This document shows, piece after piece, positions 20,187-28,800 of a stretch of 64,000 nucleotides of DNA (its first letter is position 1; every line of letters starts with the position of its first letter). The position numbers and the translations under genes were made by a program. The stretch is from a virus. The notes below the pieces were generated by a model. The model saw nothing but the letters and a program-made list of their open reading frames with translations. It searched no databases and had not been told where the DNA came from. The stretch lies in IMG/VR virus record IMGVR_UViG_3300025117_000032. One strand, 5' to 3'.

Positions 20187-21866
20187 TTACTTAAAGTATG
20201 AATCTTTCAATATTCCATGAAGGATATTGCGTAGTCCATTGTATCTGTCCGTAACATTTTTTCCAACACTCTCTACTAAATATGCGCCTGGAGTGGATGG
20301 CGACGAAACTGCGTCAAAAGCAATGAGTTCGAAGTCATCTTGAACCACATTTATTTCAGCCTCTTGCTGTAGTGATCCAATTCCCCTAGACGATATTCCG
20401 ATCTTCACACCCTGCTGAATAAGGTTTTTTAGAATCTGCCCTGGGGGTGTGTTCAAAATTTCCAGTGATCCCCTAACCTCTTCATCTCGCATATAAATAT
20501 CAGTTACTAAGTGTGAAACATTTTTTAATTCAATTATTGCCGAGTTTCCTGTAAGAAATGCTTTGCCATTTTCCTTCATATAAAAGTTTCCATTCTTAAC
20601 TGTTAGACAATATATATTTCCCTTGTGTTCTACTTTTTCTATCTTTAAGAACCTTTCATCCAAATATATACCATTTGTTGTGGATATGTTTAACTGATAT
20701 AGTGGTCGTTTATTTTTGGCCTCTATTAGATGATCAGCAAACATATAATCATCCTTGGTTATTATTTCTTGCCAATTTCCAGACCCACCAATTTTGATAA
20801 GACATTCGTGTAAATCCTCAACAAGCCTTTTCGAGGTGGAAAACAAATTTTGTCTAATTCCATGTTGGTGTGTTTGTTTTCTTCCATCTCCCATGATAAA
20901 CCAATCAATCAATTCAGATAGATAAATTGGATCAAGTTGTTTGATATCACTAGGGATATATTTTTCATGGCACTTTCCCAATATATCCAAATATTTTGCC
21001 AATCTTATATCTTGGATTGAGAATACTATTTTATCATTCCCCTTATTGTATTCTTTTATTTCAATTTGGAATTTGCTTAACATTTCTCTGATCAAATCAG
21101 CCTTAACACCAGATTTTTGTGTGATTACTGATAAATAAGATCCACCCCCTATGCGGGTGTGGCCCTCTGCGAGCCAAATTCCTAGGAATTGAACAAATGT
21201 CATTGTGTCTATTTTAAGTGGTTCCTCAACATTATTCGTAAATCTATTTGAATATTTTTCTTTTGACACACCTGGAATTTCAATGAAATCTGGGTTGTTA
21301 CCAAACCAATCAAAATTAGATTTTAATATTTTATGTTTATTGTATTTGCCTCTATTGTTGTGTATTTCCTCAATTGTGACATACTCCCTTTTTCCATACC
21401 TTGCTTCTAGTAACAATTTGTGGGTTGGGGTAAACGAAGAATCTATTCCTCTGCCTCTTATTTTATAAGCGTTTCCGCTATATGGTTCATCGATAATTCT
21501 TTCTATTTCATTTAATTCTAACCTGTTATTTTCATTGATTGCATATATCTTCTCCCCTAGTTTTAACTCAGAAAATGGTTTCCAACCAAATTCTGACAAT
21601 ACATCAAAGTTTTTTGATATATTGCAATCTGGGTGATCTAATTCCCCCATGGCCCTACGATCTTTTACTATGTGTGAATACTTCTTAACCTCTCTGGCTA
21701 AGATCTCTTTTGGGTAGACCCTACCATTGTGGTTTTTCACGTTGGCTTTTTGTAGAAGCTTGTCTTTGATTATTACTGGTTTGCTTGGGTTGTCTGCAAT
21801 CTCTTGTAAAATGTCAGCACCAACATCTAGTTCAAACCATTCTGTTATGAGTAGTTTTTGGTTCAT
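20187..21866 (-). CDS. Prohead protease, gp21-like, with intein
   Basis: KNHNGRVYP, AMGELDHP, KNVSH, GISSRGIGS, DAVSSPSTPGA. Confidence 0.92.
   Translation of the reverse strand: MNQKLLITEWFELDVGADILQEIADNPSKPVIIKDKLLQKANVKNHNGRVYPKEILAREVKKYSHIVKDRRAMGELDHPDCNISKNFDVLSEFGWKPFSELKLGEKIYAINENNRLELNEIERIIDEPYSGNAYKIRGRGIDSSFTPTHKLLLEARYGKREYVTIEEIHNNRGKYNKHKILKSNFDWFGNNPDFIEIPGVSKEKYSNRFTNNVEEPLKIDTMTFVQFLGIWLAEGHTRIGGGSYLSVITQKSGVKADLIREMLSKFQIEIKEYNKGNDKIVFSIQDIRLAKYLDILGKCHEKYIPSDIKQLDPIYLSELIDWFIMGDGRKQTHQHGIRQNLFSTSKRLVEDLHECLIKIGGSGNWQEIITKDDYMFADHLIEAKNKRPLYQLNISTTNGIYLDERFLKIEKVEHKGNIYCLTVKNGNFYMKENGKAFLTGNSAIIELKNVSHLVTDIYMRDEEVRGSLEILNTPPGQILKNLIQQGVKIGISSRGIGSLQQEAEINVVQDDFELIAFDAVSSPSTPGAYLVESVGKNVTDRYNGLRNILHGILKDSYFK
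20544..21626 (-). mobile_element. Intein with LAGLIDADG endonuclease in gp21 (361 aa)
   Basis: HPD|CNISK…FTPTHK…FLGIWLAEG…FIMGDG…IYCLTV…TGN|SAII. Confidence 0.9.
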
Positions 21867-21868
21867 AG

Positions 21869-22153
21869 CTATTTGGAGCCTCCCCCGTTCTTTAGTTCTT
21901 TAGCAATTTCTTCCTCAATTTGACTAAGTTCTCTGATAACTTTCTTGAAAATTTCCATAAAGACAGCCGCCTGCTTTTTTGATTTCATTTTTTCGATGAC
22001 ACTGTACACTACTTCCAATGCTTCTATTGCATTCCCATATACGTTTTGGTACTCTTTTCTGAAGTCCCATTCCACAGTGGTAAATCCATGTTTGTGGATG
22101 TTTGCTTCTAATATTGTTTCCTTGATAATCTTTTTCAGTTCGCTTTTCTTCAT
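21869..22153 (-). CDS. Hypothetical protein with MKKSELKK leader
   Basis: MKKSELKKIIKETILE; RBS GAGG. Confidence 0.65.
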   Translation of the reverse strand: MKKSELKKIIKETILEANIHKHGFTTVEWDFRKEYQNVYGNAIEALEVVYSVIEKMKSKKQAAVFMEIFKKVIRELSQIEEEIAKELKNGGGSK

Positions 22154-22156
22154 TGG

Positions 22157-22396
22157 TTAATCCTCTATTCTCAATTGACGATATCCATGCTTCTTTAGGT
22201 CACCCTCTATTTCTTCAACGTCAGCATCATTCCACTTTTTGAAAATCTTAGACCCATATCCAAGGTTGTAACTCCTATGGTTCAATTGTGACAGAACAAA
22301 TTTTTTCTCATCTTTACTCCAAACGGTAACGTAGTGATCAAATACATCCTCTTGGAGTATTTCTTTGATAAGCTTTTTCAGTTCACTCTTTTTCAT
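22157..22396 (-). CDS. Hypothetical protein with MKKSELKK leader
   Basis: MKKSELKKLIKEILQE. Confidence 0.65.
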   Translation of the reverse strand: MKKSELKKLIKEILQEDVFDHYVTVWSKDEKKFVLSQLNHRSYNLGYGSKIFKKWNDADVEEIEGDLKKHGYRQLRIED

Positions 22397-22948
22397 CTAT
22401 GCTGCCCCCTTTACCTTCGAAAAGTTCAAGTTGGATTTGCTCTCATTGAAGATATCCATATCCAAAATCCTGTTCATTGTGTCTTGTAACTCACTCTCAA
22501 AACTAGCAAAGGGAATATTGTTCACTTTTCCAGTATCCTTGTTTTGTGCTGGGCCACCATTCCAATCAATATCATTCACTGTATCGATATTGAATTCTAG
22601 TTCCAAAAACTGTCTTTTCCCTATCTCTGCCCCCTCTGCAATAAAACTATAATCAAAGATCAAAGAAGCTGGATCGAAAAACTTTGAGTTGAAGTAATTC
22701 TTGAAGCTCCTACCGCGTACCTTAAGTTCTTTTTCGAAGTCAGACATAATGACCCCAACCAACTCGTCTGATTCGTGTGTGGCCGTATTCTGGGCCTTTA
22801 CAACCGATAATTTAGGCTTCACCCAAGAGTTAAAGACGATGTACAAAGCCTCTGGTCTATTTTTGTTCTCAATAGCACCAATGGTCACTTTCCAATCTTT
22901 TCTGTTAACACTTAGTTCTTTCTTTGTTCCTGGTCCAAATTTAGCCAT
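22397..22948 (-). CDS. Hypothetical protein (head module)
   Basis: 183 aa, GGAGG RBS, tight packing. Confidence 0.6.
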   Translation of the reverse strand: MAKFGPGTKKELSVNRKDWKVTIGAIENKNRPEALYIVFNSWVKPKLSVVKAQNTATHESDELVGVIMSDFEKELKVRGRSFKNYFNSKFFDPASLIFDYSFIAEGAEIGKRQFLELEFNIDTVNDIDWNGGPAQNKDTGKVNNIPFASFESELQDTMNRILDMDIFNESKSNLNFSKVKGAA

Positions 22949-22960
22949 TAATTTCCTCCG

Positions 22961-23197
22961 TTACTTAACATAAAATATTGCTTTATAAGGAAACACATTG
23001 TCTGCCTCAATCTCTTTAGAAAGAATTTTCTTTTTAGTTAGCTTTTGTAGTAGATTCTTTATATCATCAAATTTGTGATAATCTCTTGCGTCCCATGTAA
23101 AAGGAAAGCTTATCGGTAGCTTTACCTTTTTGTATCCATCCATAACATCCTCATTCAAGGTTTCCTTGATAATTTTTTTCAGTTCACTTTTCTTCAT
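22961..23197 (-). CDS. Hypothetical protein with MKKSELKK leader
   Basis: MKKSELKKIIKETLNE. Confidence 0.65.
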   Translation of the reverse strand: MKKSELKKIIKETLNEDVMDGYKKVKLPISFPFTWDARDYHKFDDIKNLLQKLTKKKILSKEIEADNVFPYKAIFYVK

Positions 23198-23993
23198 TGT
23201 CTTTCTCCCTTAGATTTCTTAACTCACAAACCAACTCATATGTATCCAATAGGCCATCTGCTGTTTGGTTCTCTTTGCATTGCTTGGTGGCTGCTGCTGC
23301 CTTACTAGACAACTCTTCGCCCATTGATCCACCAAGTTTCACCAATAGGGACTCTATTTCCGCTATCATCAATTTTTGTTTATCAGCTATCTTGCCTTGA
23401 TCATTCTCTTTCAACAAAAAGAAAACCTTGCGGTCATCTTCATTCAATTGGTTTGAGTATTTGCTGTTGAATTTTCCAAGGGCAATTCTAATAACATGCT
23501 TTGGCTTCAAGAATTTCAGTTCCGAATTGGCAACCATCTCACTCAAGTTCTCATAGGGATCTTTGTCCTCATGCAATGAGTTCACATGCTGAACAACTCT
23601 ATCGAATGATTCAACATATCTCTTTGGGTCAACTGATTCCTTATCCAACCGATACCTTATGACTGTTCCAATATCCATGTTCAATTGAGAAGACTTCATA
23701 GCTGGTATCTTACACTTAGATTCAAGAAGAGTATTGTAAGCTTGAACATCCTTGAAGTTCATTCCATCCAATGCGGATACCGTTTCATTGACAAACATCT
23801 CTGCTAGTCTTCTGTCGGCCATATATGATGATTCCAATCGTGTGAACACATTGAATTGCTTGTGTAATACTTCCTTGATGTTCACAAAATTTATGAAGGT
23901 CTTAGCTAACATCTTAGCGTCCTGTTCCTGGTTTGCCAATGCTTTCTTTGCACAGACACTTGTTACTGATTGTAGTATTGTTCCAAAGTTCAC
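23184..23993 (-). CDS. Hypothetical helical protein downstream of portal
   Basis: 269 aa, AGGAG RBS. Confidence 0.6.
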   Translation of the reverse strand: MNFGTILQSVTSVCAKKALANQEQDAKMLAKTFINFVNIKEVLHKQFNVFTRLESSYMADRRLAEMFVNETVSALDGMNFKDVQAYNTLLESKCKIPAMKSSQLNMDIGTVIRYRLDKESVDPKRYVESFDRVVQHVNSLHEDKDPYENLSEMVANSELKFLKPKHVIRIALGKFNSKYSNQLNEDDRKVFFLLKENDQGKIADKQKLMIAEIESLLVKLGGSMGEELSSKAAAATKQCKENQTADGLLDTYELVCELRNLREKDNEEK

Positions 23994-24037
23994 TTACATA
24001 CGCTCCTTAAATGTTGTCGCTATAATGAAATATACCC

Positions 24038-25882
24038 CTAGTCCTCATTGGATTTGATTTCATTTATATTTTTTATCGGATTCTCAAGCCCTCTTTCTAA
24101 TTCAGATAGGGTTGTGATCATGTTTGCATAGGCAAAAGAGTTTGTTGCCAAGGCATTATTCCTTGGCTTTTTCTTTTTCTTAAATGCTGCATTGTAGTTC
24201 TCAAGCATAACATCCAACCCCTGTTTTACATTCTCCATGGTTGTCCTAATCTCTGTTGCCACATACTTCTTTCCCTCTGGTGGTGTAGCTGGCAAAGCAT
24301 TTCCATTCTGATCAACGAAAGGAGAATCAGCAACCCCTGGCACACCTTCTGTTGAACCAAACCCTCCACCCATATCCATACTCATATCACCAAGGTCAGG
24401 TTGTGAAACTGTCTCAATCTGTAGTTTTATCTTTCCTTCCAAGAATTGTTGGTTGAGGATAACCTTGATCTGATCATCGGTAAACCCAAGGATCTCTCTA
24501 GCACCCCACACATAAGAAATTGGTGACAAGGTTGACTCATCCCACAAGTTCTTGAACACAGTTCCCTTCTTATCCCATAGGTCAATCTTTTCAATCTCTG
24601 ACATGGTTGAAGGGTTGGTAAGTTCCAACTCAAAGCTTGTCAACTGTTCTTTCTCTCTAAACCCAAGAGCATACAAATGCAGCACCGCAATTTGATTCAA
24701 GGTTGCAAGCATAGCCTGTTGCATTCTATTGATCGTCCTAGCAAACCTAAAGTCCTGCCCAGCCAAGGTTGCCTTCGCCCTGATATCAGACTCATCCGAA
24801 AAATAAGCCTTCGGCACTTTCAATGAAGTGTAAAGTTTCTGTTGCATGTACTCTATGTCTGCAATCTCATCCAAGTTCGAAGCACCAGGAAGAGTTTCAA
24901 TCTCTGTATTCTTTTCCCCTCTCCGTGGAATGAAGAAGTCCTCATCAATAGCCATTGGGTTATACTTGAAGTCCATATTACCACTAGCCATATTAACCGA
25001 AGGTGTTCTCTTGATTTCATCCTTGATACCCTTGATAAACTCTGCAACATCTTCTGGGTTTATGTTCCCAACATCAATGTAGAAGATCCTTCTTTCAGGA
25101 GCCCTGGTTATACGATAGATAAGCATTGAATCCTCTGCTAACTGTAATTGCTTCCAAACCAAACGCCCAGCCTCTAAGGCAGAAGTTCCATATGGTTCTC
25201 TCTGCAAGTCAGACAACAATCTAAAGTGAGCAATCTGCCAGTTATCAAACGTGATGTTATTCGTATCCCAATAAAACTTGACGGAGCTTATCTGTCCATC
25301 ATAAGCTTCCTCTCTCCTTATTTCATCAACCTTGATTGGAAGATATCCAACAACACCCCTGTTTGGTTGAATGTCCAATAGAAGAAAGTGATTCCCAAAC
25401 TGGCAAGTGTTCCTTGTCCAAGTCCAAAGGTTAGATTCAACACAAAGAATATCGTTGAACAAGTTCTCAAGCACCATCTTGATTTTCTCATTGTCTGATT
25501 CAACGTGGATAATCTCTCCATACTCATTCTTGGTAAGACTTTCATCGGCATAGATATCCAACGCAGAAGCAATCTCTGGACTGTATTGCATAGTAGTGAA
25601 ATCTTCAAAAGACTTCCTTCTATCTATCTCCAATGAAGTGGTCCTAACATACTTGTCATATGTTGCCTTCATGAATTGGTCTTTCAAATATTGCTTGTGT
25701 TGTTTCCTTATTGGAGCATCAACCTGCTTGGGTTCCGTATAATACTTTTTACCAATTCCCCTCTTCAATAACAGTGTAAGCTTGGATGGAAGATCCAACC
25801 TCTTATCCCTGATATCAATATTCTTTGGTGAAGTAAATACATCCCTTGCTAGTTTGTTGTTACTGTTAAAATTATATGGCAT
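24038..25882 (-). CDS. Portal protein, T4 gp20-like
   Basis: PEIASALDIYADE, QLQLAEDSMLIYRITRAPERRIFYIDVGN, EDFFIPRRG, ETLPG, D.RFARTI. Confidence 0.96.
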   Translation of the reverse strand: MPYNFNSNNKLARDVFTSPKNIDIRDKRLDLPSKLTLLLKRGIGKKYYTEPKQVDAPIRKQHKQYLKDQFMKATYDKYVRTTSLEIDRRKSFEDFTTMQYSPEIASALDIYADESLTKNEYGEIIHVESDNEKIKMVLENLFNDILCVESNLWTWTRNTCQFGNHFLLLDIQPNRGVVGYLPIKVDEIRREEAYDGQISSVKFYWDTNNITFDNWQIAHFRLLSDLQREPYGTSALEAGRLVWKQLQLAEDSMLIYRITRAPERRIFYIDVGNINPEDVAEFIKGIKDEIKRTPSVNMASGNMDFKYNPMAIDEDFFIPRRGEKNTEIETLPGASNLDEIADIEYMQQKLYTSLKVPKAYFSDESDIRAKATLAGQDFRFARTINRMQQAMLATLNQIAVLHLYALGFREKEQLTSFELELTNPSTMSEIEKIDLWDKKGTVFKNLWDESTLSPISYVWGAREILGFTDDQIKVILNQQFLEGKIKLQIETVSQPDLGDMSMDMGGGFGSTEGVPGVADSPFVDQNGNALPATPPEGKKYVATEIRTTMENVKQGLDVMLENYNAAFKKKKKPRNNALATNSFAYANMITTLSELERGLENPIKNINEIKSNED

Positions 25883-25885
25883 ACA

Positions 25886-28800
25886 TCATCCTTTGCGTTT
25901 TCTATCAATCAACCAAGTCAAACTTTCTCTTTCTCCCCTTGGACCAATCTGTACCCAAGGATTGGGGTTTGCCCTAGAATTCATGAACCCCCTATTTGTA
26001 GGAAGAGAATTCTCTGCTAGATTACTTTCCCCTTGCATAGCTTTCAAGGCAGCAACCACAGCTTCCCTTCCACTTGATCTGTCTTTAAGGTGAGTAGACT
26101 TAACAAACAATCCAATCCCCCCAGCTATACACAAGTCATCATTATACCCTGGCATAGCTTGAGGCTTTCCATTTATCCAAACCAAAGTCCTAAGCTCTGA
26201 AATTGTCCTGGTAGATCTTATCTTAAAGCTCCCAACTCTAATACCCTCTTCCAATGCAGAAATAATAAGTGGCCTAGAAGTATTCGTTGTCTGAAACCCA
26301 GGTATAGCAGAGACATCATGTTTGGTTGGGTGATCATTCATCTTTTTCATTTTCTCTTTGCTGTACATTCCCTTTTGTGAATAGAATAAGTTCTTATAAT
26401 CAAGGTCAACTAGCTTAAGACAAGTTGCATATCCAATGCTATTAGCTTCAGGAACAATCAAAGCATTGTTATAGAGAGTTCCAACATCATACAACAACCC
26501 AGCATATTCATCTGGAGGAAGTCTATGCCTGTACTCTGCAACTTGCTCATCACTAGAATTGATAACATGAAAAGCAGAGTAATCAGAAGAATCTCCCCTA
26601 GCTACGTCCGCACATATTAAATACTCTTCGCCTTCAATGGGGTCTTCCCATACCCAAAGATTCTTATAGAACATACTGAAAGGAACATCTTCCTTTTTAT
26701 GGTACTGCAACACTTCAAAGCCTTCATATAGAGGTTTTCTACATTCTTTCTCTGCTTCAAGTATATACTTGTTCTCAATAACCATATCCCCAGAACCAAG
26801 AAAGTCCATATCCAACTCTTGAGCGATAAGCCTGTCAGAAGCTAACTGTCTCTTTTGGTTTTCATACCAAGATGAGGTAGGATGAAAACTAGATTCAGCA
26901 CAAATCTCACAAAGCACTTCACCATTGAACATAGATCCTGTCAATTGTCTATTACCACAACTGGCACAAATCCACTCCAAGTTTTCAGAGTATAATGGAT
27001 GTTCCGTCCAATGAATGGTTATCGGATTAAAGTCAGATTCTTTGTTGACCGCAAGCGTCCATTGCTTGTGATACCAATTTCCGACTCCCTTGGGGGTTTG
27101 GTGTCCAAGTATTGAGTTATATATTACCGAGTGATCCCAAAATGATATCATGTTGATATCACTTTCTGAAATTTCAGAAGAAATTTTGTGTGAGTTTTTG
27201 GTGCTAGGCAATGAAAAATCAACTGTAGGGTTTGAGCTAACTGTAATGCTACGAATAGGTTCCCACTTGACGTTTGGTGAGAGTATCTTATCTAGTTCAA
27301 TTGTTAGTTTGTTAGGAATGGTTGTGTTTTGTAGGCAAATATTTTTTAGCTTCAATAGGTTTTGGCGTGAGGTATGGTGGGTTTTGTACAAACTTTTTTT
27401 ATTTAGTACCCCATTAATATTCAAACCCCACTTCTTAATCAGCGTCCACGTTCCAAAAGGTAATAAGTCAAACAAACACTTGCAGTAATAAACTCCGTTG
27501 GGTATTACATCATGTGAGCTTGACTTTACAATATTACTTTTTGTGAAGCTCTCACTTGGGTTTTTTGAGCTAAGTGTTTGTGTAATATTACTTTGGTTAG
27601 CTGCCCGGCATTTTTTTTCTAATTGATTCTCATTTTCAACCTCAAAATTTTCTGGCACGTTTCTTGCTATAGCAAGTTCTGTGCCAAAACCGGGCTGCAC
27701 AGAATTTTGTTTGGCACGATTCTTGCTAGACCCACACTCAAATTGGTTTTGACTAGCATTTTCATCTGTAAGCAATTTGTCGGGCAGCCCATAGTTGGCA
27801 CGATTCTTGCTAAAGGTTTGATTTATAATGCTCTCTTTTTGTGAAATTGTGAACCCAGTTGTTAATTTTTTATCATACAAAACGTCAAAACAATTCATTT
27901 TACCCCTTATGGGTTTTTGATTATTTTGATCTATAGTGTGTTTTTCCCCGGAAATTTCAGTTTTGGTTGTTAAAAGTTTAACAAGATTTTGGGAAGCAAT
28001 TTTCGTTCCAAGTTTTTGGTTGTCTGCGTCCCTGCATGTTAAAGTTTTAACATCTCCTGATTCTAAATCATCAAAATTTTCGTCCCTAGCAAGAAGCGTG
28101 CCAGGCAAAATTGGCAATAGGTGGAGTTTACCGATACCTTCAAGTTCTGTGCCTGTTAATTTTTTAACATGCGGAGCAGCAGCCAACAAAACATTATGAT
28201 TCTCAAATTCGCCATCACAGTTTTTGATATTTGGTTTTATTGTATGATTTTTAACTGCAAAATTTCTGGTATGATTCTTGCTAGGGGAATTTTGTTCGAT
28301 TTGGTTGGCACAGAACTTGCTATAGCAAGAATCATGCCAAGTCTGGGATGTAATTATTTGATTCTCATTTTCAATTGGTGAGCGCATCGCTTGACTTTGT
28401 AGCAAAATGCCGGGCAACTCACAAAGCATAGGAAGGACGTTTTGATTATCCTGTTTTTCCTGGGAGTTGAACCCAATCAATTCATAGAACAATTTCGATT
28501 CTGATTGATTGAGAGTTAACCTGTACTGGATGGTATCGTATTGAAAGTAGCTGTTCCTTCCATTGACTGCCCCGTACTCACTCAAGATTCCAATGTTGTC
28601 TAGGATGATTCTTATTTGATCTATTAGAACCTTTGAGGAAAGTCCTATGGACACAATCCCTCTGTCTGCTCTGGAGAATCCTTTGCAATCAAAAATTCCG
28701 TTCACCAAGGCCCCTAGATTGCCCCCAGACAACTCCAATAGTCTTGGAGGTATGGAGCGTTGGGTGTTCTTTGTGTCTGGTTTAAAGCCCAGGTAAAGAA

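Noticed and set aside
27653-28339. CRISPR array or tandem repeat explanation of the intein repeats
   Set aside because: 16-bp units, irregular spacing, both orientations, variable central 5 nt
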